32,000 nt of DNA from Erysipelothrix larvae. GTDB taxonomy: Bacteria; Bacillota_I; Bacilli_A; Erysipelotrichales; Erysipelotrichaceae. Below, piece after piece: positions 8,168-18,030 of this stretch (its first letter is position 1; each line of letters opens with the position of its first letter). The notes beneath the pieces were generated by a model. The model ran no database searches, was not told the DNA's origin, and saw only the letters and a program-made list of their open reading frames with translations. A program made the position numbers and the translations under genes. Where the stretch lies: positions 1,500,001 to 1,532,000 of the forward strand of contig NZ_CP013213.1 in the NCBI RefSeq assembly GCF_001545095.1, in the 5' to 3' direction.

Positions 8168-8977
8168 TTATAATGTTGCGATTGCATTCATTTCTTGAGG
8201 AGACAGTTCAAAATCGAAGAGTTCAAGATTGAGTGCTTGCCGCAACGCGTTGTGTGACTTTGGAATAACGATAACACCGCGTTGTATTTGATACCTTAGT
8301 GCTACTTGAGCCCACGTTTTGTGGTATTTTTGTCCGATTGCTTCCAATGCATCTTTTGATTCTTGGGAAGTTCTTGATAAAGGTCCCCACGCTTCCACAC
8401 CAATACCGTGTTCTAAACAAAAGGCAGTCAGTTCACCATTCCATTTACCAGGATGGGATTCAATTTGATTTACGGCCGGTTTGATGCGAGCACGTTGTAT
8501 CAGGGTTGTAAGTTGTTCTTGCGTGAAATTGGAAACCCCAATTGATTTTAGGACCCCTAAATCAACATAACTTTCTAAAACAGCCCACATTTGAAGCATC
8601 CCTTCCATATCATCCCATGGATGATGAATCAGGTATAGGTCAATGTAATCAGTGTTCAATGCTTCTAGACTCTGTTTTACACCTTTGTGAACCGCTTCTT
8701 GAGTTTCATAATATGCTTCTTTACCCGGAATCTTTGATGTAATAAAGAACTCACTACGGTTTAAGCCACTACGTTCAATTCCCAATGCCACAACCGATTC
8801 GTTGCGATATGAGATTGCGGTATCAAAATGACGATATCCTGCTTTGATTGCAGCTTCAATTTCTGAAGTATCATCATTAATTGCCCCCATATAATCACGA
8901 TCCACTTTTCCAAATGTATTGGTTCCTGAACCAATCACTGGAATTGTAACTCCAGTATTTAAAGTTATGTTTTTCAT
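8168..8977 (-). CDS. Aldo/keto reductase (2,5-diketo-D-gluconate reductase-like)
   Basis: Motifs GYRHFDTAISYRNE, DLYLIHHPW, IGVSNF and VNQIESHP. RBS is GGGAGGAA. Confidence 0.9.
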   Translation of the reverse strand: MKNITLNTGVTIPVIGSGTNTFGKVDRDYMGAINDDTSEIEAAIKAGYRHFDTAISYRNESVVALGIERSGLNRSEFFITSKIPGKEAYYETQEAVHKGVKQSLEALNTDYIDLYLIHHPWDDMEGMLQMWAVLESYVDLGVLKSIGVSNFTQEQLTTLIQRARIKPAVNQIESHPGKWNGELTAFCLEHGIGVEAWGPLSRTSQESKDALEAIGQKYHKTWAQVALRYQIQRGVIVIPKSHNALRQALNLELFDFELSPQEMNAIATL

Positions 8978-9492
8978 TTGTGTTCCTCCCGATATTCACT
9001 TCTTAAGTACCCATATGCTAACACATTATGGTAGGTTCCGCTTCGATAAAGCATATTTCTCAGTGTTCCCTCATGTCTAAAGCCTAATGATTCATAAAGC
9101 TTTATGGCGCGAATGTTGAAATCAAAGACATGCAAATAGAGACGTTCAAGGTTTAGTCCTTCAAATCCCCAGTCCATGAGTTGTTTCATAATTTGTTTTC
9201 CATATCCCTTATTCCAATAGGAACGATCCCCAATCACGATTGCAAGTTCAGCGTGACGATTGCGTTCATCAAGATTCATAAAAGCACAGGTTCCAATTGC
9301 TTTGTCATCTTCATAAACCATAAACGTTGGTCCGCTGATCATCCGCTGGCTCCATACTTCTACCTCTTCATAAGACATCGGTCTTAAAAAGCCACTTTGA
9401 TCATATTTCGCGACTTCTGGATCATTTCTCCATTCATAATACAATGGAATGTGTTTTTCTGTAAATTTCTCATACTTTAACATTGTATTCAC
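8974..9492 (-). CDS. GNAT family N-acetyltransferase (RimJ/RimL-like)
   Basis: 172 aa with the acetyl-CoA binding region WNKGYGKQIMKQLMDWGF. There is a 4-nt overlap with the downstream AKR gene. Confidence 0.85.
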   Translation of the reverse strand: MNTMLKYEKFTEKHIPLYYEWRNDPEVAKYDQSGFLRPMSYEEVEVWSQRMISGPTFMVYEDDKAIGTCAFMNLDERNRHAELAIVIGDRSYWNKGYGKQIMKQLMDWGFEGLNLERLYLHVFDFNIRAIKLYESLGFRHEGTLRNMLYRSGTYHNVLAYGYLRSEYREEHK

Positions 9493-9544
9493 CTCTTCAA
9501 AATTATATCATATTCCTGTATGTCAATGTTGACTTGGAGGGTAT

Positions 9545-11197
9545 ATGAAATATTTAATTCTTGGACTATTCGTAATCATCGGTTTGTTTTATGTCTTAAA
9601 ACTCTATAGTAGGTATAAAATGAATCGTGTTAAAAATCGCTTGCGTGTCACGTATGGTGAACTGGAAGTGATGGATGTAAAAGCTGAGGACATTGAAAGC
9701 ATTCATGCATCATATCAATACTTAAAACGTGAGGATGATATCGACGATATTACATGGAGTGATTTAGACCTTGAAGAAATCTTCTGGCGCATCAATAGCA
9801 CCCAATCCTCTTTGGGTGATGAGTGGCTTTATGCACGACTTCACCGCCAAATACCTGATGATTTACATGAAATTGACCAACTCATCAAATACTTTGACGC
9901 CTCAGAAGAAGATCGATTAAACGTTCAAGTGCAATTGAATTATATTGGCAAGCATACCGGTCATAACACGTATGAGTTTTTAGAACATATCAATTCGATC
10001 CGGTCTACACGATCCTATTTGTACTTGGGACAGATGATTGTCTTTGTGACATCAATCCTCTTATGTTTTATTATTCCTGATATTGGAATTCCCCTTGCAC
10101 TGTTTTCGTTTTTATTGAACAATTATACCTATTATGCCCTCAATCCAAATCAGAAGTATGAAAAAAACCTTCAACTTATTGGATCAGCCATTGGGATTTG
10201 TGCCCACCTTAAGAAAACGACATCATTTAATGATGACAATCCTTATTTTAAACAGTTTAATGCATTGATTCGTGTTTTATCCCCAATATCCAAGACAATC
10301 AAACGTTCTACAGGAACATCAATGGCCAGCGAGTCAGGAATAATGTTTAAGGGACTGGATGCAGCTTTTCTAATTACGCCTACATTTATGAGCATTTCAT
10401 TAAATTTGATTCAAAAACATAAGCAAAACATCCTCGATCTTTTTGAAGTATTGGGTGCATTTGACGGTACAATTGCTACAGCATCTTACAAACACACCCT
10501 CCCTTACTTTTGTGAACCTACGTTTACATCAAATGATACCCTTGAGTATGATGCGCTGGTTAATCCTTTACTGAGCGATAAAAACGGTGTTTCAAACTCA
10601 GCAACCACCCACAATAAGCTGATCTTTACAGGATCCAATGCAAGTGGGAAATCCACATTTATTAAAGCACTCGCTTTAAACGCTCATTTAGGGCAAACAT
10701 TGAACGTTTGTTGTGCCAAACGCTATGCTTTTAAACCCGGGTATATCTACACATCCATGGCGCTTCGTGATAATGTTCTATCGGGTAAATCCTACTTTAT
10801 TGTTGAGCTTGAATCCTTGAAACGGATTGTGAATGCCATCCACACACACGATCACTGTATTGTGGTGGTAGATGAAATTCTTCGTGGTACCAATACGATT
10901 GAACGCATCGCTGCTTCAAGTTCCATCTTAGAATCGATTAAAGATACGAATGCTATGGTTTGTGTTGCAACTCATGATATCGAACTCACACAGATTCTCA
11001 ACGGTTCTTATGACAACTATCACTTCAGAGAAACCGTTGGCGATGGCGGGATTTCATTTGATTATAAACTTCATGAAGGCCCTTCAACAACAACCAATGC
11101 AATCAAACTCTTAGCGTATATGGACTTTGATGCTCAAATAGTCGACACATCCAACCAACGTGTGGATCAGTTTAAACAACATAAATCTTGGCGATAA
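9545..11197 (+). CDS. Membrane-anchored MutS-domain-V ATPase (MutS-related, no mismatch-binding domains recognised)
   Basis: N-terminal TM helix (LILGLFVIIGLFYVL) and internal hydrophobic helices. The C-terminal region carries Walker A GSNASGKST, Walker B VVVDEILRGTN and ATHD. RBS is GGAGGG. Confidence 0.8.
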   Translation: MKYLILGLFVIIGLFYVLKLYSRYKMNRVKNRLRVTYGELEVMDVKAEDIESIHASYQYLKREDDIDDITWSDLDLEEIFWRINSTQSSLGDEWLYARLHRQIPDDLHEIDQLIKYFDASEEDRLNVQVQLNYIGKHTGHNTYEFLEHINSIRSTRSYLYLGQMIVFVTSILLCFIIPDIGIPLALFSFLLNNYTYYALNPNQKYEKNLQLIGSAIGICAHLKKTTSFNDDNPYFKQFNALIRVLSPISKTIKRSTGTSMASESGIMFKGLDAAFLITPTFMSISLNLIQKHKQNILDLFEVLGAFDGTIATASYKHTLPYFCEPTFTSNDTLEYDALVNPLLSDKNGVSNSATTHNKLIFTGSNASGKSTFIKALALNAHLGQTLNVCCAKRYAFKPGYIYTSMALRDNVLSGKSYFIVELESLKRIVNAIHTHDHCIVVVDEILRGTNTIERIAASSSILESIKDTNAMVCVATHDIELTQILNGSYDNYHFRETVGDGGISFDYKLHEGPSTTTNAIKLLAYMDFDAQIVDTSNQRVDQFKQHKSWR

Positions 11198-11205
11198 AAT
11201 AAAAA

Positions 11206-11224
11206 ACGGAGTACATGACTCCGT
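11206..11224. terminator. Shared hairpin between the convergent MutS-like and pepV genes
   Basis: ACGGAGT-ACATG-ACTCCGT. The T/A runs flank both sides, with the better U-tract on the minus strand. Confidence 0.6.
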
Positions 11225-11273
11225 TTGAACCCTACCCCAAATCTAAACATAAAGATGCGGTGGTATGGTTTTT

Positions 11274-12587
11274 TTAAAATACAAGTTTATCAAATGCTGT
11301 AGCATAGATTTTTATGGCTGTTTTAACATCGTCTACTGAAATGGATTCATCCACTTGGTGCATAGTCATCGGTGCTCCAGGAAGTAACATACCATAGGCA
11401 ACAATATTCGGCATTGCACGCGCATAGGTCGCACCACCAATCTTCAGTGGTTTTGTTTTAAGATCCCCGGTTACCTCTTGATATGCTTCATAAAGTTTCC
11501 TAAAGACTTCTGATTTTTCTGACAGTTGAATGCTTGGCAATCCACCTTTTGTCTCAACTTTCAAATTATGTTTTGATGCATATTTTTCTACGAGACTTAC
11601 GATTTCAAACTTTTCAAATGACACGGGATAACGAATATCCAACGTTGCATATTTGAGTGTGTCTTCTGTTCTAACAATCCCAATATTATGTGTTAAGTAT
11701 CCTGATACATTATCATAGAATCGATCAAAGATTGGATAGGAATATAAATCATCAATAAATGCTTCAAGTGGTGACAATTCACCAATTTCTTTTTTTGCTT
11801 GAATGAGCTTCACAATCGCATTCTTCCCTTGTTCTGGAGTTGATGCATGTGCTGCGACACCTTGAACAATTAGATAGTCATCTTGTACCTCAAATGGGGT
11901 ATTTTTTTGTTTCAGTGCATCAATAAGTTCTGGGCTATGTTTTGTGCGTGCTGCATTTGGTACTGCATTACCACTGACACCCCCTTCAAGAAACTCACCG
12001 CGATTTAAAAGATCTGTAATGAGGAAACTTACGGTGCCTTTTTCTACTTGAACCAGTGGAAAATCAGCATCCGGTGTAATCCCATAATCAGGCAATCGTT
12101 CATGTTTCTTATACGAATCCATACAACGCCATTGGCTTTCTTCATCGGTTCCAAAGATAAACCGAACGGTATGCTTTAATGTTTTCCCCGCATCCAATAA
12201 CAGTTTCAATGCAAACATGTTTGCAAGAACTGGTCCCTTATCATCTTGAACACCGCGTCCATAGAGCATCCCTTCATGCAGGGTTACTTTAAATGGATCG
12301 AAAGTCCATTTTGAAACATCACCAACACTGACGACATCAACATGTCCTAAAACCCCCATCATAATGTCAGAGTCCCCGACTTCAGCATAACCATACATGC
12401 CATCTTCAGATTTAAAGGTGCGATATCCCCAACTTTTCGCAATGTCTAGGACTGTGTCCAGTGCATCATTAATCCCCTTGCCAAATGGTTTATCGCCACT
12501 TTCGTCAATCACACTTGGACATGAAACAAGTCTGTCCAAGCTTTCTAAGTAAACATCGAATTCATGTTCAATCTTTATGTTTTCCAA
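11274..12587 (-). CDS. pepV: M20-family dipeptidase (PepV/Sapep-like)
   Basis: Motifs GHVDVVSVGDVSKWTFDPF and GRGVQDDKGP. TTG start 7 nt after AAGGAGGG. Confidence 0.85.
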   Translation of the reverse strand: MENIKIEHEFDVYLESLDRLVSCPSVIDESGDKPFGKGINDALDTVLDIAKSWGYRTFKSEDGMYGYAEVGDSDIMMGVLGHVDVVSVGDVSKWTFDPFKVTLHEGMLYGRGVQDDKGPVLANMFALKLLLDAGKTLKHTVRFIFGTDEESQWRCMDSYKKHERLPDYGITPDADFPLVQVEKGTVSFLITDLLNRGEFLEGGVSGNAVPNAARTKHSPELIDALKQKNTPFEVQDDYLIVQGVAAHASTPEQGKNAIVKLIQAKKEIGELSPLEAFIDDLYSYPIFDRFYDNVSGYLTHNIGIVRTEDTLKYATLDIRYPVSFEKFEIVSLVEKYASKHNLKVETKGGLPSIQLSEKSEVFRKLYEAYQEVTGDLKTKPLKIGGATYARAMPNIVAYGMLLPGAPMTMHQVDESISVDDVKTAIKIYATAFDKLVF

Positions 12588-12628
12588 ATGAAAGCCCTCC
12601 TTGATATATATATATCTACTATTGTATC

Positions 12629-12658
12629 AAAAAAGTCTCGAAACTGTATCAAGACTTT
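12629..12658 (-). terminator. Intrinsic terminator after the yegP-like gene
   Basis: Minus strand AGUCUUGA-UACAGUU-UCGAGACU followed by UUUUUU. Confidence 0.65.
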
Positions 12659-12684
12659 CTTAAACACATAATTTCCTAAATTTT

Positions 12685-13056
12685 TTAGTCCGTTTGTTTT
12701 ACAACCGGTGAATTTGCGTTACGACGAATGCTATCAATACCATTCAACGCAGATGCTTTGGTTGTATAGCTTTCTGATGCGACAATGATTTCACCATTTC
12801 GTGCTTTCAATCTGAATCTGAATGCTCCAGCATGATCGAGATACACTTCAAATTTTGGATTTGTATGTGTAGTCACTTTTCGTGCTGTTTGATCCTCAAC
12901 CGGAGCTTTAGGTGCAATGGTTCTTACCACCTCAATGCCATGTTCACATGCACTTTCAGAACTATATACTTCAGATGTTGCGATTGCTTCACCATTCACA
13001 GCCTTTAAGTCAAACTTAACGCCAGTGTTGGTATTTCTTATAATATATTTACCCAT
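12685..13056 (-). CDS. YegP family protein (tandem DUF1508)
   Basis: Two internal repeats (FDLKAVNGEAIATSEVYSSESACEHGIEVV and FRLKARNGEIIVASESYTTKASALNGIDSI). RBS is AAGGAGG. Confidence 0.85.
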   Translation of the reverse strand: MGKYIIRNTNTGVKFDLKAVNGEAIATSEVYSSESACEHGIEVVRTIAPKAPVEDQTARKVTTHTNPKFEVYLDHAGAFRFRLKARNGEIIVASESYTTKASALNGIDSIRRNANSPVVKQTD

Positions 13057-13306
13057 GATATCGGCCTCCTTAGTGGGTTATATAATCCAACAACTCCTTG
13101 TATTCGAATCATAGCACACTCTAAGAAACTATTCAGTTCAAATGAACTTAATCTATCGCAATTCAACTAAAACAAATATTAATTTTGCCTTCATTTCAAT
13201 AATATATTAATTCAGTAACCTAAAATATGTATCGATTGTATATTCTAATGTCTATCACAAAAAATGGTCCGATTTTAACCAAAAAGAATTAATGTCCGTA
13301 CTTTTT

Positions 13307-13330
13307 AAAAAAGCGTACCCTTTGGTACGC
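13307..13330 (-). terminator. Intrinsic terminator after the CBS gene
   Basis: Minus strand GCGUACC-AAAG-GGUACGC followed by UUUUUU. Confidence 0.75.
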
Positions 13331-13368
13331 TCTAACATTGAGATATAAAGATTTAAATTTGCATGCAT

Positions 13369-13839
13369 CTACACACTGGCAGTATGTAGGGATGATTCGC
13401 TCATGTATTGTAAGACCGACTTACGGGTTATGATTCCCATAAACTTGTCTCTATCATCGACGACAGGTAAGAAGTTTTGATCAAACATTCGCATAATCAC
13501 ATCATCAACAGTCTCTGTTACCTTTATCGGACGATTCCAATCAGTTCGAATGATATCCATAAGTTGGACTTGTTCATAATCATGAAGATTGAAATCATCA
13601 TGATCAACAAGACACCATAGGAAATCACCTTCGTTGACAGTCCCAATATATTCACCTGTTTTAGATAATACAGGCATCGCTGTATAACCATGATAGCGCA
13701 TTTTCTCAAGACATTGTCTGACTGAAAAGTCTTCTTCAAGATACCCAATCATTTTCTTTTGAGTTAGTAGAAACACAATGCTCATTGATGCTTTGTTTGA
13801 AGCTTTTCTCATTCCACCGTCTAACTGATACGTTGTCAT
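13369..13839 (-). CDS. Stand-alone CBS-pair protein (YkuL/CbpB/DarB-like)
   Basis: 156 aa with a GYTAMPVLSKTGEYIGTV ... FLPVVDDRDKFMGIITRKSVL pattern, resembling CBS-only proteins of Bacillota. Confidence 0.75.
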   Translation of the reverse strand: MTTYQLDGGMRKASNKASMSIVFLLTQKKMIGYLEEDFSVRQCLEKMRYHGYTAMPVLSKTGEYIGTVNEGDFLWCLVDHDDFNLHDYEQVQLMDIIRTDWNRPIKVTETVDDVIMRMFDQNFLPVVDDRDKFMGIITRKSVLQYMSESSLHTASV

Positions 13840-13919
13840 AATCCACCTCTTCTTATAACAAGTTTATCACACTAGAATTATAATACATCAAATCACATAA
13901 AATACTATAAATTAAGTTT

Positions 13920-15296
13920 TTATTTCGATAAAGTCTTTGTATAGAGAATGCCTGCAAATGGTAACAAGACATATCCGACAACCATCGCACTGATTGCATA
14001 CATATTGAGGGTTTGAACCCCTTGCGCATCTTTCATCGAGAATTGGCCTACCCAATCAAACTTCACAAGCAGTAACACGACCATGCAAAGCCCAATAATT
14101 GGGATAATAACATCCATCACAAAGTTCTTACGCGCTGTTTTTAACACTTCGTGCTCATTTTTGGCCTTGCCATAATAAAAGGCAATAACACCCATTGGTA
14201 CGACAATAAACTGCACAAATCGTGAAATCGAGCTGATTACCATAATCCCTTTCATATCATATTGAAAAGCCATCGGAATTACGACTGCAAGCAGTGCAGT
14301 AACAACAAAGGACAATACTGGAATCCCTTTACTGTTTTCCTTCGCTAATGATTGGGGTATTTGATTTTCCTGTGCCATCGCTTGGAACACACGCGGTGTA
14401 CTAAACGATGCAGCAATATTAATTCCAAACATTGAAACAAGTGACCCATAAACAATAATTTGTTTGATCAAGGGATGATCAAAGGCTGAAGCTAAGACAA
14501 CAACTTCTTCACTGTTTAAGATTGCTTGTGGATTCGCAATCATTGCACTGCTGACCACACCAATATAAATTAAGGCAATGATGCCCATTGCAAGTGGAAT
14601 TGCTTTGGGTAAGTTAGCTTCGGGGTTTTCCATTTCTGAAGTTGCACTTGCAACACTTTCAAAGCCTGTAAATGCATAGAAAGCTGCAATCACTGCAGCA
14701 ACAAATAGGGATAAGTCCATCGAGGTGCTCCCGGGTACTAAATCACGCACTTCACCAAAATGTGAGGTACCGGTTAATAAGAAACCGATGAATCCAGCGC
14801 TAATGGCTACCACAAGGGCGGATATCTTCCCAATTGTTGACACATTATTCATAATTTGAACAATATGATTTCCCAACAAGTTAATCACAAGTAACACACT
14901 CATTAAAACAATAAACCCAAGGGTAATCATGGATGTTGTGACATTACTTGCACCCACAAAGATGCTCAGTGTTGTTCTCACAACCGCTGTACCCATAACG
15001 CCCCAAGCAATGGCTGCGGAAACAAATCGGGTAATACCGACATACAGTCCAATATTATTCCCAAATGCTGCTTTCGCATAGGCATACCCTGCTCCATTTT
15101 TATTGACATATTTTGCTGCAGAGGCAAACACCATCGCCAAGACACCTGCAAAGATTGCAGCTGCAATATAGATCAAGGGGGTTAATGTTCCTGCCGTAGC
15201 AATTACCCCTTGTGGTGATAGAAAGATTCCTGTTCCGATAATCGAGTTGATTGTTAATAAGACAATTGACCAAAATCCAAACTTTTTACGACTCAT
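13920..15296 (-). CDS. APC-superfamily amino acid permease
   Basis: 458 aa, about 12 TM, with N-terminal FGFWSIVLLTINSIIGTGIF. The start overlaps the stop of the upstream amidotransferase (ATGA). Confidence 0.9.
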   Translation of the reverse strand: MSRKKFGFWSIVLLTINSIIGTGIFLSPQGVIATAGTLTPLIYIAAAIFAGVLAMVFASAAKYVNKNGAGYAYAKAAFGNNIGLYVGITRFVSAAIAWGVMGTAVVRTTLSIFVGASNVTTSMITLGFIVLMSVLLVINLLGNHIVQIMNNVSTIGKISALVVAISAGFIGFLLTGTSHFGEVRDLVPGSTSMDLSLFVAAVIAAFYAFTGFESVASATSEMENPEANLPKAIPLAMGIIALIYIGVVSSAMIANPQAILNSEEVVVLASAFDHPLIKQIIVYGSLVSMFGINIAASFSTPRVFQAMAQENQIPQSLAKENSKGIPVLSFVVTALLAVVIPMAFQYDMKGIMVISSISRFVQFIVVPMGVIAFYYGKAKNEHEVLKTARKNFVMDVIIPIIGLCMVVLLLVKFDWVGQFSMKDAQGVQTLNMYAISAMVVGYVLLPFAGILYTKTLSK

Positions 15297-16024
15297 GATT
15301 CGTTTCCTTTCGCAGCATCAATAAATGCTTTAAAAATACATTTCGCATAGTGATTGTTGCGATGTAACATCTCAGGATGAAATTGGACGGCAAGTTCAAA
15401 CTTAAGCTTTGGATTTTCAAGCGCTTCGACTACACCATCTTGTGCCAATGCAGATACTTTAAGTGTTGGCGCAACTTTATCAACGATTTGATGATGAAAC
15501 GAGTTAACCATCATTGAATCGACATCCACAATCTTGTGCAAAAGGGACTCACTCACAACATCGACATCGTGGGTGACAACATCGGGTCCAAACCCTTGCA
15601 TATGCTTCATGATATCACCGTTTGCATAACTTAAGTCTTGATGGAGTGTTCCACCATGATATACATTCATCACTTGAAATCCACGACAGATTGCAAGGAT
15701 TGGAATGTTGCGTGCTTCTGCAGCTTCTAAAAGACGTCGATCAAAGGTATCACGACGCGGATAAATTTCTTGTAATTTTTGTTTAGGTTGTTGACCATAG
15801 AGTTGGGGTGTGACATCATGCCCCCCTGATAACACAAGTGCATCAATTGAATCGACAAGCATTTTAACCGAAGCTTCGTCATCAATAATCGGAAGTACAA
15901 ATGGTACACCTCCAGCTTGAACGACTGCACCTACATAATCTTCACTGACGTATACACGTCGATATCCCGCAAACATTGGCCCTTGTTCCACTGTAATGCT
16001 TCCAGATATTCCAACTTTTATCAT
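15293..16024 (-). CDS. Gamma-glutamyl-gamma-aminobutyrate hydrolase family protein (class I glutamine amidotransferase, peptidase C26)
   Basis: Nucleophile elbow ICRGFQVMNV, plus VNSFHHQ and QFHPE motifs. Confidence 0.85.
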   Translation of the reverse strand: MIKVGISGSITVEQGPMFAGYRRVYVSEDYVGAVVQAGGVPFVLPIIDDEASVKMLVDSIDALVLSGGHDVTPQLYGQQPKQKLQEIYPRRDTFDRRLLEAAEARNIPILAICRGFQVMNVYHGGTLHQDLSYANGDIMKHMQGFGPDVVTHDVDVVSESLLHKIVDVDSMMVNSFHHQIVDKVAPTLKVSALAQDGVVEALENPKLKFELAVQFHPEMLHRNNHYAKCIFKAFIDAAKGNES

Positions 16025-16091
16025 AACGTTCTCCCTTCGTTTATATCTATTCTATCATTCATTCTTAAAAAAAATACAGCATTTACTTCAT

Positions 16092-16114
16092 AAAAAAGCA
16101 AGGTTTCCCTTGCT
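16092..16114 (-). terminator. Intrinsic terminator after mupG-like gene
   Basis: Minus strand AGCAAGG-GAAA-CCUUGCU followed by UUUUU. Confidence 0.75.
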
Positions 16115-16118
16115 TTAA

Positions 16119-17201
16119 CTAAATCAATTTAAATGGTTTCCATGATGTTAAGTACTGTAAGAGAACTTGTTCATCATCATTTAAGCGTCCAATGACATTC
16201 TTACGACCATCATTTTCCATGTCTTTGAGTACAATGTGAATCTCACCTTTATAGCGACCATATTCCTCATTCACAATGATCACATCACCCCGTTTTAGGT
16301 CACGTGTATTATGTGCTGGAATCTGTGCATCTTTATATACAATGCGTGACATGGTACTACGTGCCATGTAATCACTCATATCGCCACGAACAAAGTGGTT
16401 GAATTCGCATGCAATCTCGCGTTCAATATCCAACACATCGTCTTCAAAATCAACACGCATTGTAAGAACGCCTTCTTGAAGTGTTCCCAATCCTTGTAAT
16501 TCTTCATCGCTTGGGTAGCAATTTGCGATGATCACATCATCTACAAGGCCTGTTGCATAGAGGTGACGTGCTTGCAAGTCAAGTGGTAAAAAGCGATGAT
16601 CTTCCAGTGTACACAGCCCTTCATTCACAGGCCATGGACCAAATGAGTTTGGCACTTGACTGGATACAAATGCCGCAACATTTAACCCCATGTCTTTCAT
16701 TTGTTGTGACGTTTTCACAAACAAATCAAAACCAAGACCCGTATATTTTTGTGGATAGAAGTTGTGACAGGTTACCATATTACTGACATTAGCACCAAAT
16801 GATAAGACGTTTTCCATATGACGATTATTGGTACTTGCATTGAATTCGATCTTAATACCATCTGGATTATTTGTTAAGAGTGCGTCTTCATGCGCGCTGC
16901 CACTCTCATCCAAACGAATACCAGCTGCACCTAGTTCCTTAAAGAATGATAAATCGGTATACGATTTTCCGTATTGTTTCATAACACCAGGTGTCACGTC
17001 TAAATAAACATCCATACCTAAAGATGCAGCAAGTCTGTTTAAGCGACCATACTTTTCCATCAGTTCTTCTTTTGTAGCGGTTGTTTCAAGAAGATTGGTA
17101 AACACGCGCGTAAATCCATAGTGTGCTGCCTTCTCAATATACGCTTTTGTTGTTTCATAATCTGAAACATCTGGATAAATTGAAATCCCTTTTTTTCCCA
17201 T
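16119..17201 (-). CDS. DUF871 / MupG-family protein (putative 6-phospho-N-acetylmuramidase)
   Basis: 360 aa. The N-terminus GISIYPDVSDYETTKAYIEKAAHYGFTRVFTNL is typical of the family. RBS is AAAGGAG. Confidence 0.78.
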   Translation of the reverse strand: MGKKGISIYPDVSDYETTKAYIEKAAHYGFTRVFTNLLETTATKEELMEKYGRLNRLAASLGMDVYLDVTPGVMKQYGKSYTDLSFFKELGAAGIRLDESGSAHEDALLTNNPDGIKIEFNASTNNRHMENVLSFGANVSNMVTCHNFYPQKYTGLGFDLFVKTSQQMKDMGLNVAAFVSSQVPNSFGPWPVNEGLCTLEDHRFLPLDLQARHLYATGLVDDVIIANCYPSDEELQGLGTLQEGVLTMRVDFEDDVLDIEREIACEFNHFVRGDMSDYMARSTMSRIVYKDAQIPAHNTRDLKRGDVIIVNEEYGRYKGEIHIVLKDMENDGRKNVIGRLNDDEQVLLQYLTSWKPFKLI

Positions 17202-17405
17202 TTCTTTTACGCTCCTTTGTAATGTATTCGTTTCTATCTTACCATACCTAAAGGATGTTTAATAGATTAATATGATGTCCATTGAAAAAATTTTTATCTT
17301 GTTTTTAAACACGACAAACCACTAAAATTTATTTAAGTACACACATATTTTTATCAATATAATTACACTCAATGTGATAAAATGAAATTCATTGGAGGAC
17401 TTAAA

Positions 17406-18005
17406 ATGAAAGTACTAATTGTCTATGCACACCCACGTAATGAAAGCTTTAGTCATGCAATTTTAGAGCGCGTCAGTGAAACGCTTGAAAAAAACAATCA
17501 CACTGTAACCATACGCGATTTGTATGCGATGAATTTCAATCCAGTATTATCCGCTGAAGAAGCCATTCATGTTGTAGATGGAAAGTTTGTTCGTGATAAT
17601 GACGTGTTCCCACACGATGTTCAAATCGAAATGGATTATATCAAAGAAAGTGATATATTGATGTATATCTACCCTGTTTGGTGGAATGGATTCCCTGCAA
17701 TTCTCAAAGGATATGTTGAACGTGTTTTCCAACATGGTTTTGCATACAGTTTTGAAAGTGATGAACCTAAAAAAATCTTTGCTGGTAAAAAAGCGTTGTT
17801 TATTCATTGCACAGGGCAACCTCAAGAATCAGAAGCGTCAAAAGAACTTACGCGTATCATCAAAGAAGTCACTTCAGGGTGGATGTTCAATAGTAACAAT
17901 GTTGAACTATTAGATCACTTAGTGTATGGGCGTGTTCCTTATCAAGACAGAGAAACTTTATCCCATGTTCTTGATGAAATTCAAACCGTTATCGAAAAAA
18001 TTTAA
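17406..18005 (+). CDS. Flavodoxin-like fold NAD(P)H dehydrogenase (quinone)/oxidoreductase
   Basis: MKVLIVYAHPRNESFSHAI... WWNGFPAILKGYVERV. GGAGGA lies 6 nt upstream of the ATG at 17406, so the track start at 17382 is unlikely. Confidence 0.85.
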   Translation: MKVLIVYAHPRNESFSHAILERVSETLEKNNHTVTIRDLYAMNFNPVLSAEEAIHVVDGKFVRDNDVFPHDVQIEMDYIKESDILMYIYPVWWNGFPAILKGYVERVFQHGFAYSFESDEPKKIFAGKKALFIHCTGQPQESEASKELTRIIKEVTSGWMFNSNNVELLDHLVYGRVPYQDRETLSHVLDEIQTVIEKI

Positions 18006-18030
18006 GAAGTCATGTCGACTTCTTTTCTTT
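18005..18030 (+). terminator. Intrinsic terminator
   Basis: AGAAGTC-ATGTC-GACTTCT followed by TTTCTTT. Confidence 0.7.

Noticed and set aside
13136-13149. 14-bp perfect palindrome AGTTCAAATGAACT near the yegP promoter, and GTCAA-TG-TTGAC at 9522..9533 upstream of the MutS-like gene
   Set aside because: These are short AT-rich inverted repeats that are not statistically surprising in spacers of this composition, and they match no recognisable known operator consensus.
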